A stretch of 51,906 bases of DNA from an uncultured Eubacteriales bacterium. Lineage in GTDB: Bacteria > Bacillota > Clostridia > Oscillospirales > Acutalibacteraceae. The translations under genes and the position numbers were made by a program. The notes under the pieces were generated by a model that saw only the letters and a list, made by a program, of their open reading frames with translations, did not search any database and was not told the origin of the DNA. Shown here one piece after another: positions 1 to 9,839 of this stretch. Positions within the stretch are counted from its first letter, which is position 1; every line of letters starts with the position of its first letter. The DNA is taken from assembly GCA_900317875.1 (NCBI GenBank), contig ONIJ01000188.1, forward strand, positions 1 to 51,906, written 5' to 3'.

Positions 1-35
1 AATTCCAAATAAATTTGTTTAATTCTTTTTGCTTA

Positions 36-65
36 TTGACAGGACGGTGCGTATTGAGTTAAAAT
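36..65 (+). promoter_or_regulatory. Putative sigma-A promoter of the rnj operon
   Basis: TTGACA (36-41), 18-bp spacer, TAAAAT (60-65). Confidence 0.55.
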
Positions 66-147
66 AAACTGAATATGTGTATACTGGGTCTGAGTATACG
101 CTTAATAAATGAACGGAAAAAATTTGTCATAACGGAGGTATTTTTTT

Positions 148-1938
148 GTGAGCTCAAATAATCGGAATATGAACTATAAGCTCAAACAAAGCTGGTACAA
201 CAAAAACCAAAACGGTCGCGGCAAAAACCATAAAACGGGCAAGAGGGGAAGCTCGGCATATGTTCCCAAGCCCATCAAAAAGCCGCCCGTTAAAATCTCT
301 TTTTTGGGCGGACTCAATGAGATCGGAAAGAACATAACGCTGATCGAATGTGACGGCGATATGATCATTGTTGACTGCGGAATGGCGTTTCCCGACGGCG
401 ATATGCTGGGCGTTGATCTGGTAATACCGGATTTCTCCTACATTGAGCAGAACGTCGACAAGGTGCGCGGAATAGTGCTCACTCACGGCCACGAGGATCA
501 CATCGGCGGACTCCCGTTCCTGCTGTCAAAAGTTAACGTTCCGCTTTACGGAACGCCGCTTACGCTCGGTCTGGTTGAAAACAAGCTGCGCGAGCACAGC
601 CTGATCAACAAGGTAAAACTCAACACCGTAAACGCGGGCAGCACGATTCATCTCGGATGTATGGATATAAAATTCATCCACGTTAACCACTCTATTCCCG
701 ACTCGGTGGCGTTCGCCATCAAGACTCCCGGCGGAACAGTGGTGCACACGGGCGATTTCAAAATTGACTGCACTCCAATCAGCGGTGATACGATCGACCT
801 TTCGAGCTTCGCAAAGGTAGGCGACGAAGGTGTTCTGGCGCTTTTGGCAGAGAGCACAAACGCCGACCGCGCAGGCTACACCAGAACCGAACAGATGGTT
901 TCCGAAAGCCTCGATACTCTCTTTAAAAAGGCTGAGAAGTACCGCATAATAATCGCGACCTTCGCGTCAAATGTAAACAGGGTTCAGCAGATAATCAACT
1001 GCGCCGAAAAGCACGGCAGAAAGGTTGCCTTCTCCGGCAGAAGTATGGTCAACTATATGGATGTTGCGAGCAAGCTCGGCTATCTGGAGCTTCCCAAGAA
1101 CATTTTGATCGATATCGACGCCCTCAAAAAATATCCGCCTGAGCAAATTGTGCTCGTCACAACAGGCAGTCAGGGCGAACCTATGAGCGCTCTGTCGCGT
1201 ATGGCTTATTCCGACCACCGCAAGGTTATGGTCGGTGAGGGAGACTTCATCATCATTTCGGCAAACCCGATCCCGGGCAACGAAAAGACCGTAGGAAACG
1301 TAGTCGATGAGCTTTTGAAGCGAGGCTGCAAGGTGATTTACGAGTCGATGTACGATGTGCACGTTTCGGGCCACGCCTGTCAGGAGGAGCTCAAGCTTAT
1401 GCACAGGCTCGTCCGTCCCAAGTATTTCATCCCCGTTCACGGTGAGCAAAAGCACCTTCGCAAGCACGTTGAGCTCGCCGAGCACCTCGGAATGGAGCGC
1501 AAGAATATCTTTATCGGAGACATCGGCAAAACTGTTGAGGTCTGCGACGATTATATGAAGGAGGTCGCCTCGGTTCCCGCGGGCAAGGTGTTTGTTGACG
1601 GTCTCGGCGTAGGCGACGTCGGAAGCATAGTTCTCCGCGACAGAAAGCACCTCGGACAGGACGGACTCATCATCATAGTTGCGTCTCTCGACGTCTACGA
1701 CGGCCATGTGATCAGCGGTCCGGACATCGTTTCGCGCGGATTTGTGTATGTCCGCGAAAGCGAGGGCTTGCTCGACGAGGTCAGAAAGCTCGCGCTGTCA
1801 ATATTGGAGGACTGCGCCGAGAAAAATATTCATGAGTGGGGCATCATCAAGAACAGGCTCAGAGAGGAGATTTCAAAGCTGATTTCCCAGAAAACCCGCC
1901 GTTCACCGATGATTCTCCCGATTCTCCAGGAAGTATAA
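148..1938 (+). CDS. rnj: Ribonuclease J
   Basis: GGLNEIGKN, metallo-beta-lactamase THGHEDHIG, TGSQGEP, HVSGHA, PVHGE motifs; GTG start after GGAGG. Confidence 0.96.
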   Translation: MSSNNRNMNYKLKQSWYNKNQNGRGKNHKTGKRGSSAYVPKPIKKPPVKISFLGGLNEIGKNITLIECDGDMIIVDCGMAFPDGDMLGVDLVIPDFSYIEQNVDKVRGIVLTHGHEDHIGGLPFLLSKVNVPLYGTPLTLGLVENKLREHSLINKVKLNTVNAGSTIHLGCMDIKFIHVNHSIPDSVAFAIKTPGGTVVHTGDFKIDCTPISGDTIDLSSFAKVGDEGVLALLAESTNADRAGYTRTEQMVSESLDTLFKKAEKYRIIIATFASNVNRVQQIINCAEKHGRKVAFSGRSMVNYMDVASKLGYLELPKNILIDIDALKKYPPEQIVLVTTGSQGEPMSALSRMAYSDHRKVMVGEGDFIIISANPIPGNEKTVGNVVDELLKRGCKVIYESMYDVHVSGHACQEELKLMHRLVRPKYFIPVHGEQKHLRKHVELAEHLGMERKNIFIGDIGKTVEVCDDYMKEVASVPAGKVFVDGLGVGDVGSIVLRDRKHLGQDGLIIIVASLDVYDGHVISGPDIVSRGFVYVRESEGLLDEVRKLALSILEDCAEKNIHEWGIIKNRLREEISKLISQKTRRSPMILPILQEV

Positions 1939-1973
1939 GCCTTCCTGCCGCAAATACATTTTAAGGATAAAAT

Positions 1974-3926
1974 ATGAAAAATAGAAACTGGATGCTGACG
2001 CCGTGGTTTTTGATTTTCGGCTTGGTTATGCTGCTGATGGCAACCTTTATGAGCACCTACGACCCGCTGCTGTTTTATATCGAGCTCGGTATTTCCGTGC
2101 TTTCCGTGGCGGTTGTCATCGCTCTGTCAATCAGCTTTCGGGGCTATATCAGAGCAATTGTCAGAAGTACCGCGGATCATATTGTCGGCTTCAATTCGCA
2201 ATATCTCGATAAATACAAATATCCCGTCGTCGTATCGGGCGACAAGGGCGACATAATCTGGTGCAACGCCCGTTTCCGCAAAACGATCTGCGGCGGCAGA
2301 AGTCCCGAGGGCGACAACATAAACGCATATCTCCCGGGTTATTTTATCAAGGACATCGCCGACGGCGAGGGTGTTGACGTAGCTATTGACGGAAGGGAAT
2401 TTACCGTTTACGCTGTTTCAAACGAAGAGGGCGGAGCGGTTTGCCACTTCATCGACAACACCGATTACAAGAAAACCTCGCGCGAGTACCACGCGAATAT
2501 GCCCTGCGTAGCGCTTATCAGCTTTGACAACGCTGAGGACTTCTTCACCGATTCCGATGAGAGCTATTCAAACGTGGCGATCTCTGTCGAGGCAAACCTC
2601 CAGGGTTGGGCTATCGACTACAATGCGCTTTATAAAAGACTCGGAAACAACAGGTATATGATCGTGTTCCGCGACGCCGACGTGGAAAAAATGATAGCTC
2701 AAAAGTTCCCGGTGCTCAAAAACGTGCGCTCAATAAGCTCAAACCGCCATATCGCCACGATTTCCGTAGGACTTTGCCGCGGATGCAAGCTGGTTAAGGA
2801 CAGCGAAATGAACGCCAGAAAGGCGCTTGAAATGGCGCTTGGCAGAGGCGGCGACCAGGTAGCGATAATCAGGGACGGCAGCTACGAGTTCTTCGGCGGC
2901 ACCGCCGCCGCTACCGAAAAGGTCAGCAAGGTGCGAATGCGCGTAATCGCAAACGCTGTCAGCAGGGCGGTCAGCGACTCCGATAAGGTTTTCATAATGG
3001 GACACCGCTTTTCCGACCTCGACTGCGTGGGTGCTGCAATCGGTATGCAGTGCATTATGGACAAATCCTTTAAGCGCTACTGCAAGATAGTGATCAACCG
3101 CGAGGCGACAATGGCTAAGCAGCTCATCGACTACGCCTCCGAGCGCCTTGACAGCGATATTTTCATCACTCCCGAGGAAGCGATGCGCGGTCTTACCGCT
3201 AAAACTCTCCTCATCATAGTCGACACCCACCTCAAAACATCTCTCGAAAGCCCCGAGCTTTACGAGAAGTGCAAAAAGATTGTGGTGATCGATCATCACC
3301 GCAAGGCGGTAAATTATATCAATAACGCGCTTGTATTCTGCCATGAGCCGTCGGCTTCCTCTGCGAGCGAAATGTGCTGTGAAATCATCAGCTATCTCGA
3401 CGACAAGCCCCTCGGCTACATACAGGCTGACGCGCTGCTCTCGGGCATTATGCTCGACACCAAGAACTTTGTTCTCAAAACAGGCGTGCGCACCTTTGAG
3501 GCGGCGGCGTATCTGCGCCGCAAAGGCGCCAACACCCTGACGGTTAAGGAGATGTTCTCGGGCAGCATTGAAACCTACCGCGAAAAGGTAGACATCGTGT
3601 GCCGCAGCCATATCTTCAAGGGCTGCGCGATTTCAACAACCGAAAAAACCACCAGCGACGTAAGACTCGCGGCTGCTCAGGCGGCAGACGAAATGCTCAC
3701 GCTCACGGGTGTGTCGGCATCGTTCGTGGTTTTCCCGGACAATGAAAAGGTCAATATTTCGGCACGAAGCTACGGCAGGATCAACGTTCAGGTAATTATG
3801 GAAAAGCTCGGCGGCGGCGGTCATCAGACAATGGCTGCGGCACAGCTTTACAATACAACTATGCAGGAGGCGGGACATAAGCTGATAAAGGCAATCGAGT
3901 CCTCGCTCGAAGACGACGTCTCCTGA
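1974..3926 (+). CDS. gdpP: Cyclic-di-AMP phosphodiesterase, GdpP family
   Basis: Two N-terminal TM helices, degenerate GGDEF (ALGRGGDQ), GHRFSDLD, IDHH, GGGGH; directly upstream of rplI-dnaB as usual. Confidence 0.92.
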   Translation: MKNRNWMLTPWFLIFGLVMLLMATFMSTYDPLLFYIELGISVLSVAVVIALSISFRGYIRAIVRSTADHIVGFNSQYLDKYKYPVVVSGDKGDIIWCNARFRKTICGGRSPEGDNINAYLPGYFIKDIADGEGVDVAIDGREFTVYAVSNEEGGAVCHFIDNTDYKKTSREYHANMPCVALISFDNAEDFFTDSDESYSNVAISVEANLQGWAIDYNALYKRLGNNRYMIVFRDADVEKMIAQKFPVLKNVRSISSNRHIATISVGLCRGCKLVKDSEMNARKALEMALGRGGDQVAIIRDGSYEFFGGTAAATEKVSKVRMRVIANAVSRAVSDSDKVFIMGHRFSDLDCVGAAIGMQCIMDKSFKRYCKIVINREATMAKQLIDYASERLDSDIFITPEEAMRGLTAKTLLIIVDTHLKTSLESPELYEKCKKIVVIDHHRKAVNYINNALVFCHEPSASSASEMCCEIISYLDDKPLGYIQADALLSGIMLDTKNFVLKTGVRTFEAAAYLRRKGANTLTVKEMFSGSIETYREKVDIVCRSHIFKGCAISTTEKTTSDVRLAAAQAADEMLTLTGVSASFVVFPDNEKVNISARSYGRINVQVIMEKLGGGGHQTMAAAQLYNTTMQEAGHKLIKAIESSLEDDVS

Positions 3927-3947
3927 TTCAAATGAAAGGAAACCCAT

Positions 3948-4394
3948 ATGAAAGTTATTTTATTGCAGGATGTAAAGTCCCTCGGAAAGAAGGGCGAGCT
4001 TGTTGAGGCGTCCGACGGTTACGCGCGCAACTACCTCTTGCCCCGAAAAATCGCCAAGGAAGCCAACGCTCAGGCGATGAACGAGTATAAAAACGCGGAA
4101 AACTCAAAGAATTATAAAATCGCCACCCAGAAGGCTCAGGCAGAAGGCTATAAGAAGAAGCTCGAGGGCAAGGTTTTCCATATGACAGCGCGCGCCGGAC
4201 AGGGCGGAAAGCTTTTTGGCAGCATCACCGCAAAGCAGGTCGCCGAGGAAATCAAAAAGCAGTACGGTATCGATGTCGACAAGCGCAAGGTCGTACTTGA
4301 ACGCGACATCAAGGAGTTCGGAACCTACAAGGCTGAGGTTAAGCTCTACACCGGTATTTCCGCAAATATCGACGTTCAGGTGAGCGAGGCTTAA
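3948..4394 (+). CDS. rplI: 50S ribosomal protein L9
   Basis: MKVILLQDVKSLGKKGE...GYARNYL, GKLFGSIT. Confidence 0.98.
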   Translation: MKVILLQDVKSLGKKGELVEASDGYARNYLLPRKIAKEANAQAMNEYKNAENSKNYKIATQKAQAEGYKKKLEGKVFHMTARAGQGGKLFGSITAKQVAEEIKKQYGIDVDKRKVVLERDIKEFGTYKAEVKLYTGISANIDVQVSEA

Positions 4395-4504
4395 TCGGAA
4401 CGCAGGATTTGGTTAATACCGACCGCGTTTTCAACTTGCTTTTTCTGAACGCGAATTAAATCATAAGCTCATAAATTGCGCCTTAGGCGCATTATAGGTG
4501 TAAT

Positions 4505-5872
4505 ATGGCTGACAGTACATTTGCAGAGTACAATCCGACCAACCTGCCCTACAGCGCTGAGGCTGAACAGGCGGTTCTGGGCGCGATCATCATCGATAAC
4601 GCGATGTTTGACAACGTCCTCGACCATGTAAAATCCGCAGATTATTTCTACATCTCGCTGCACAAGCTGATCTTCACGGCTATGCAGGAGATGATGAACT
4701 TCGGTAAGGCGATCGACTTTGTAACTCTGCTCGACAAGCTACAACAGAATAGCGGTTTTGAGGAGGCGACGGGCAAGACCTACCTCGTCGATTTGATCGA
4801 CAATTGTCCCGCGCCTTCAAACGCCGAGGCATACGCAAAAATCGTTGCCGATAAGTATAAGCTGAGAATGCTCATCACCGCCTCGCGCGAGATCATCGAT
4901 GACGCTACCTCTGCCGACGACGACCCGACCGTTCTGCTCGACTCCGCCGAGCAGCGGATTTTCGACATCCGCAGCGGAAGCGAAAAGGGCGGACTGGAGC
5001 GCTTGAGCTCGGTACTTTTGCAGACCTTTGAACGTCTGGATTCGCTGAACCGCGAAGCTGACGAAAGCGTAAAGCCCGTCTCCACGGGAATCGGGGATCT
5101 TGACCGTGTTATTACCGGACTCAACCGAAGCGACCTGATTATCCTCGCGGCGCGGCCGGGTATGGGAAAAACGAGCTTCGCGCTCAATATCGCGCGCAAT
5201 GTCGCCTGCAAAAGCAAAAAGGCGGTCGCCTTTTTCTCTCTGGAAATGTCCAAGGAGCAGCTTGCAAGCCGTCTGCTTTCGTCTGAAGCAATGGTCGGCG
5301 GCACGAAGCTCCGCACAGGCAAGCTGACCGATGAAGAGTGGCAGCGCCTTGTGCCCGCCAGCGATATTTTGAAGAACGCCAACCTCTATATCGACGATAC
5401 TCCCGGCATCACAATCACGGAAATGAAGTCACGTCTCAGAAGGCTCCGCGAGATCGACCTCGTGGTGGTTGATTACCTTCAGCTTATGTCCAGCACAAGA
5501 AGAATTGACAGCCGTGTAAATGAGATCTCGGAAATCACGCGAAGCCTAAAAATTATGGCAAAGGAGCTCAACGTTCCCGTAATCACACTTTCGCAGCTTT
5601 CACGTGCCTCCGAACAGCGTCCCGACCATCGTCCGCAGCTTTCCGACCTGAGAGATTCGGGTTCAATTGAGCAGGACGCCGACATCGTGCTTTTCCTTTA
5701 CCGCGAGGGCTACTACGACAAGGGCGGCGAGGACGCCGCTGCGCCTGCGGTCGATGTCAATTCCGGCGAGTGTATTGTTGCAAAGAACCGTCACGGCGAG
5801 ATGAACACCGTAAAGCTGCACTGGCAGGGCGAGTTTATGCGCTTCACCGATGTGGAGACAAGGTATGATTAA
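4505..5872 (+). CDS. dnaB: Replicative DNA helicase
   Basis: AEQAVLG, AARPGMGKT, FFSLEMS, VDYLQL, LSQLSR, DLRDSGSIEQDAD. Confidence 0.97.
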   Translation: MADSTFAEYNPTNLPYSAEAEQAVLGAIIIDNAMFDNVLDHVKSADYFYISLHKLIFTAMQEMMNFGKAIDFVTLLDKLQQNSGFEEATGKTYLVDLIDNCPAPSNAEAYAKIVADKYKLRMLITASREIIDDATSADDDPTVLLDSAEQRIFDIRSGSEKGGLERLSSVLLQTFERLDSLNREADESVKPVSTGIGDLDRVITGLNRSDLIILAARPGMGKTSFALNIARNVACKSKKAVAFFSLEMSKEQLASRLLSSEAMVGGTKLRTGKLTDEEWQRLVPASDILKNANLYIDDTPGITITEMKSRLRRLREIDLVVVDYLQLMSSTRRIDSRVNEISEITRSLKIMAKELNVPVITLSQLSRASEQRPDHRPQLSDLRDSGSIEQDADIVLFLYREGYYDKGGEDAAAPAVDVNSGECIVAKNRHGEMNTVKLHWQGEFMRFTDVETRYD

Positions 5873-7142
5873 CGCCGTTCTTCAAACAATCGAGCGCAAT
5901 GATTTGCTTTTGCAAGGCGACAGCGTGATTGTCGCGCTCTCGGGAGGAGCCGATTCGGTTGCGCTCCTTCACGTATTAAATTCTATAAAAGAAAAATACA
6001 ATCTGAAAATATATGCCGCTCACCTCAATCATATGTTGAGAGGCGAGGAGGCTGACCGCGACGAAAAGTTTTGCAAAATTCTTTGTGAGAATTATAGCAC
6101 GGAGCTTTTTGTAAGACACGCGGATATAAAAAAGCTCGCCCGCGAGCGAAAAATCGGTTTGGAGCTGTGCGGCAGGGAAGAGCGATACAAATTTTTCGAC
6201 GAGCTGGCGCTTAATCTAGGCTCCAAGGTCGCAACGGCTCACACTGCCTCCGACAACGCCGAAACACTGATTTTTCGGCTTGTGCGAGGAACGTCGGTTA
6301 GGGGCGCGGCGGGAATACCGCCAAGGCGCGGACATTTTATCCGTCCGCTGATTTCCTGTACCCGCGCTGAAATCGAGAGCTACTGCAGTGAAAACAAGCT
6401 GAGCTTCGTCACCGACAGCTCGAATCTCAGCGACGACTACGCCCGCAACATCATCCGCCACAAGGTGATACCCGTTCTCAGCGGGCTGAATCCTTGCTTT
6501 GAACAGGCTGCTCTGCGCTATTGCGAGAGCGCCGCAGAGGTTGCGGATTTTCTCGGCGCACAGGCAGAATCGCTGCTTCGCGGCGCAAAAACCAAATTTG
6601 GATATAACGCCGACACACTGCTTGAAGCAGATTGTGCGGTTCAATCCGAAGCTCTCGCGATCCTATGCAGAAACGAAGCGGATTTCTCGCCGGAGGCACG
6701 GCATATCGCCCTGCTTCGGGCCGTATTGAAAAACGGCGGCGCGGTCGATTTGGGCGGCTGCACGGCTGTTTGCAAGCAGAAGACGATCAGGATCGTCGAA
6801 AAAAACCAAGCTGAAAACAATCTGGAAATTTCCCTAAACGGTGATATTTCCTTTATATATCGGGACAAACTAATTTCAGCAGGTGTTGATAATTCAAAAA
6901 TAGAATTAAAGCCTCTGGTTTTCAGGACAAGACGCGGCGGCGACCGCTTTACCTACCAAAAGCGAAACATCACAAAGCCGCTGAGAAAGGTGTTCAACGA
7001 GCAAAAAATTCCCGATGAGCTCAGGGACAGTCTGCTTCTCCTGTGTCAGGACTCCACTGTGCTGTGGTGCGATGAAATCGGGTTTTCCGCTCAGGGACAG
7101 GCGTTGACAGATTCAAACGCAATCAAACTCAAATATCACTGA
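5865..7142 (+). CDS. tilS: tRNA(Ile)-lysidine synthetase
   Basis: PP-loop ALSGGADS, HLNHMLR, TAHTASDNAET, RPL, DSSN; start set at ATG 5865 (GGAG upstream, overlaps dnaB stop). Confidence 0.95.
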   Translation: MINAVLQTIERNDLLLQGDSVIVALSGGADSVALLHVLNSIKEKYNLKIYAAHLNHMLRGEEADRDEKFCKILCENYSTELFVRHADIKKLARERKIGLELCGREERYKFFDELALNLGSKVATAHTASDNAETLIFRLVRGTSVRGAAGIPPRRGHFIRPLISCTRAEIESYCSENKLSFVTDSSNLSDDYARNIIRHKVIPVLSGLNPCFEQAALRYCESAAEVADFLGAQAESLLRGAKTKFGYNADTLLEADCAVQSEALAILCRNEADFSPEARHIALLRAVLKNGGAVDLGGCTAVCKQKTIRIVEKNQAENNLEISLNGDISFIYRDKLISAGVDNSKIELKPLVFRTRRGGDRFTYQKRNITKPLRKVFNEQKIPDELRDSLLLLCQDSTVLWCDEIGFSAQGQALTDSNAIKLKYH

Positions 7143-7156
7143 AATGGAGTATTATT

Positions 7157-7693
7157 GTGCATAAGGACGTTGAAACAATTTTAATCTCACAGAAAAAACT
7201 TGAAAATATTGTGAAGTCGCTTGCAAAACAGATTGAAAAAGATTATAATAGCAAGGAATTCATTATGGTCGGTCTTTTGAAGGGCAGCATCGTCTTTATG
7301 GCGGAGCTTATGACAAAAATCGACATTGATTTTGAAATTGATTTTATGGTTGCCTCCAGCTACGGCGGCGGCACCGAAAGCTCGGGCAAGGTCAAGATCC
7401 TTAAGGATTTGTCCGTATCGCCTGTTGGCAAGGATATTCTCATCATCGAGGATATCGTCGACTCCGGCAACACCCTGAACTTTGTCAAAAATCATCTCAT
7501 TACCGCCGGCGCTGCTTCCGTTAAGGTCTGCACGCTCTGCGATAAGCCTTCGCGCCGCAAGGTTCCGCTGGAGCCCGATTACTGCGGTGCCGAAATACCC
7601 GACGAGTTCATCGTCGGCTACGGACTGGATTACGATGAAAAGTACCGCAATTTGCCTTACATAGGCGTATTAAAGCGTTCCGTATATTCGTAA
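7157..7693 (+). CDS. hpt: Hypoxanthine phosphoribosyltransferase
   Basis: GLLKG, ILIIEDIVDSGNTL, FIVGYGLDY; tilS-hpt-ftsH order. Confidence 0.96.
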   Translation: MHKDVETILISQKKLENIVKSLAKQIEKDYNSKEFIMVGLLKGSIVFMAELMTKIDIDFEIDFMVASSYGGGTESSGKVKILKDLSVSPVGKDILIIEDIVDSGNTLNFVKNHLITAGAASVKVCTLCDKPSRRKVPLEPDYCGAEIPDEFIVGYGLDYDEKYRNLPYIGVLKRSVYS

Positions 7694-7735
7694 TTTGTTC
7701 ACGTAACCCCATTTACCAAAGGAGTGATACCCCCA

Positions 7736-9691
7736 ATGGAAAACAAGAAAAAAGTGCGTAATCTATTGCTGATATTAGGTGTTCCGATTGTGTTGATTAT
7801 AGTATCGGCAATAATTATGAGTACGCGCCACACAGATCCGCCTAAAACTACTTCTCTCGAACAGTATTTTGCCAACAATAAGGTTGAGGAATTTTCAATC
7901 AATTACGGTTCGGGCGAAATCATCCTCACACTCAGAGAGGGCGAGGACGCAATCTTCGACAGCGACAACACTCTGCTCAACGATGACAAAAAGGCGATTA
8001 ACGCCGCGGCGAGCAGCAAGGACGGAAGAACCGTCATCAAGGGACAGCTTGCCGACATCCAGCGTTTTCTCGACGATATTGAGGATTACCGAAAAGCTTC
8101 GGGTGAAAAGGGCGATCCTGTTGCCTACAGAGAGATCCGCGCAACCGACAATTCGCTGCTCTTTGATTTGATTCCGACCATCATCGTTGTTATCATATTC
8201 ATTGTCGCCTGGATTTTCTTTATGCGCCGTATGGGAGGCGGAGGCCTCGGCGGCAGAGAAATGAGCTTTGGCAAGGCAAAAATCAAAAATACAAACGACG
8301 AAAAGCGCAAGACCACCTTTGACGATGTGGCAGGCGCCGATGAGGAAAAGGAAGAGCTTCAGGAGGTTGTCGAATTTCTCAAGAATCCCGACAAGTTCAA
8401 TAAGCTCGGCGCAAGAATACCCAAGGGCGTTCTCCTCGTGGGACCTCCCGGTACAGGTAAAACCCTGCTTGCGCGCGCAGTCGCGGGTGAGGCGGGCGTT
8501 CCGTTCTTTTCCATTTCGGGTTCAGACTTCGTAGAAATGTTCGTCGGCGTAGGTGCTTCGCGTGTTCGCGACCTCTTCGACCAGGCGAAGAAAAATTCTC
8601 CCTGTATTATCTTTATTGATGAGATCGACGCCGTAGGCCGTCAGAGAGGCGCAGGCCTCGGCGGCGGCAACGACGAGCGTGAGCAGACGCTTAACCAGCT
8701 GCTCGTAGAGATGGATGGTTTCGGCGTAAACGAGGGCGTTATCCTCATCGCAGCCACGAACCGTCCCGATGTACTCGATCCCGCGCTTCTTCGTCCGGGT
8801 CGTTTCGACCGTCAGGTCGTCGTAAGCTATCCCGACATCAACGGCAGAGAGGCGATACTCAAGGTGCACGCGCGCAAAAAGCCGCTTGCTCCCGATGTAA
8901 AGCTCAAAACGATCGCAAAGACCACCGCAGGCTTCACCGGCGCGGATCTGGAAAACCTGCTCAACGAGGCGGCGTTGCTTGCTGCAAGAGCAGATAAAAA
9001 AGCGATCACAATGAAGGAAATCGAGGAGGCGACGATCAAGGTCGTCGTCGGCGCCGAGAAGAAATCCAAGGCTATGAGCGACAAGGAAAAGAAGCTGACC
9101 GCATATCACGAGGCGGGGCACGCGATCCTTTTCGATCAGCTTGAAACCCAGGATCCCGTTCACGAGATCTCCATTATTCCGCGCGGTATGGCGGGCGGCT
9201 ACACAATGCCGCTTCCCACAGAGGATAAATCCTACAATTCCCGCAACGAGATGATTGAGAGCATCGTGGTTTCTCTTGGCGGACGCGTCGCCGAGGCTCT
9301 GATCCTCGACGACATCTCAACGGGCGCCTCAAACGATATTGAAAAGGCGACAAAGACCGCCAGAGCGATGGTTACCAAGTACGGTATGACCAAGGAGCTC
9401 GGCTGCATTAATTACGGCTCCGAGGACGGCAGCGTGTTCCTCGGCAGAGATTACGGCAGAACTCAGGATTACAGTGAAGCCACAGCCGCAAAGATTGACG
9501 AGCTCGTCCTCAAGATTGTAAACAACGCATATGCAAAGGCTGAGCAGATTCTCAGCGCAAACATCGACAAGCTGCACGAAATCGCGGCTTACCTGATGAA
9601 GCACGAGAAGATGGGCGGCGAGGATTTCGAAAAAATTATGAACGGAACCTACGTCGAACCGGTTACGGTTGAGGACACCGAAGAAGAATAA
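7736..9691 (+). CDS. ftsH: ATP-dependent zinc metalloprotease FtsH
   Basis: Two TM helices, [28 protein letters not shown]; start set at ATG 7736 after AGGAG. Confidence 0.97.
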   Translation: MENKKKVRNLLLILGVPIVLIIVSAIIMSTRHTDPPKTTSLEQYFANNKVEEFSINYGSGEIILTLREGEDAIFDSDNTLLNDDKKAINAAASSKDGRTVIKGQLADIQRFLDDIEDYRKASGEKGDPVAYREIRATDNSLLFDLIPTIIVVIIFIVAWIFFMRRMGGGGLGGREMSFGKAKIKNTNDEKRKTTFDDVAGADEEKEELQEVVEFLKNPDKFNKLGARIPKGVLLVGPPGTGKTLLARAVAGEAGVPFFSISGSDFVEMFVGVGASRVRDLFDQAKKNSPCIIFIDEIDAVGRQRGAGLGGGNDEREQTLNQLLVEMDGFGVNEGVILIAATNRPDVLDPALLRPGRFDRQVVVSYPDINGREAILKVHARKKPLAPDVKLKTIAKTTAGFTGADLENLLNEAALLAARADKKAITMKEIEEATIKVVVGAEKKSKAMSDKEKKLTAYHEAGHAILFDQLETQDPVHEISIIPRGMAGGYTMPLPTEDKSYNSRNEMIESIVVSLGGRVAEALILDDISTGASNDIEKATKTARAMVTKYGMTKELGCINYGSEDGSVFLGRDYGRTQDYSEATAAKIDELVLKIVNNAYAKAEQILSANIDKLHEIAAYLMKHEKMGGEDFEKIMNGTYVEPVTVEDTEEE

Positions 9692-9700
9692 GATAAATGC

Positions 9701-9731
9701 AAAAAACGGGCAGAGAGATCTGTCCGTTTTT
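9701..9731 (+). terminator. Rho-independent terminator after ftsH
   Basis: AAAAACGGGCAGA-gaga-TCTGTCCGTTTTT hairpin. Confidence 0.8.
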
Positions 9732-9754
9732 ATGCCTGAAACTGCAAAAATCTT

Positions 9755-9768
9755 CAAACGTATTTTCG
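9755..9768. promoter_or_regulatory. Candidate LexA (SOS) box upstream of uvrA
   Basis: CAAACGTATTTTCG, 12/14 match to the Firmicute consensus CGAACRNRYGTTCG, 9 bp upstream of the -35. Confidence 0.45.
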
Positions 9769-9777
9769 AAAAAGATG

Positions 9778-9806
9778 TTGATATTTAAAAAAATATGTGT
9801 TACAAT
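9778..9806 (+). promoter_or_regulatory. Sigma-A promoter of uvrA
   Basis: TTGATA-N17-TACAAT with extended -10 TG. Confidence 0.65.
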
Positions 9807-9839
9807 AATCGTATAGTTTATTCGGAAAAGAGTAGTAAT

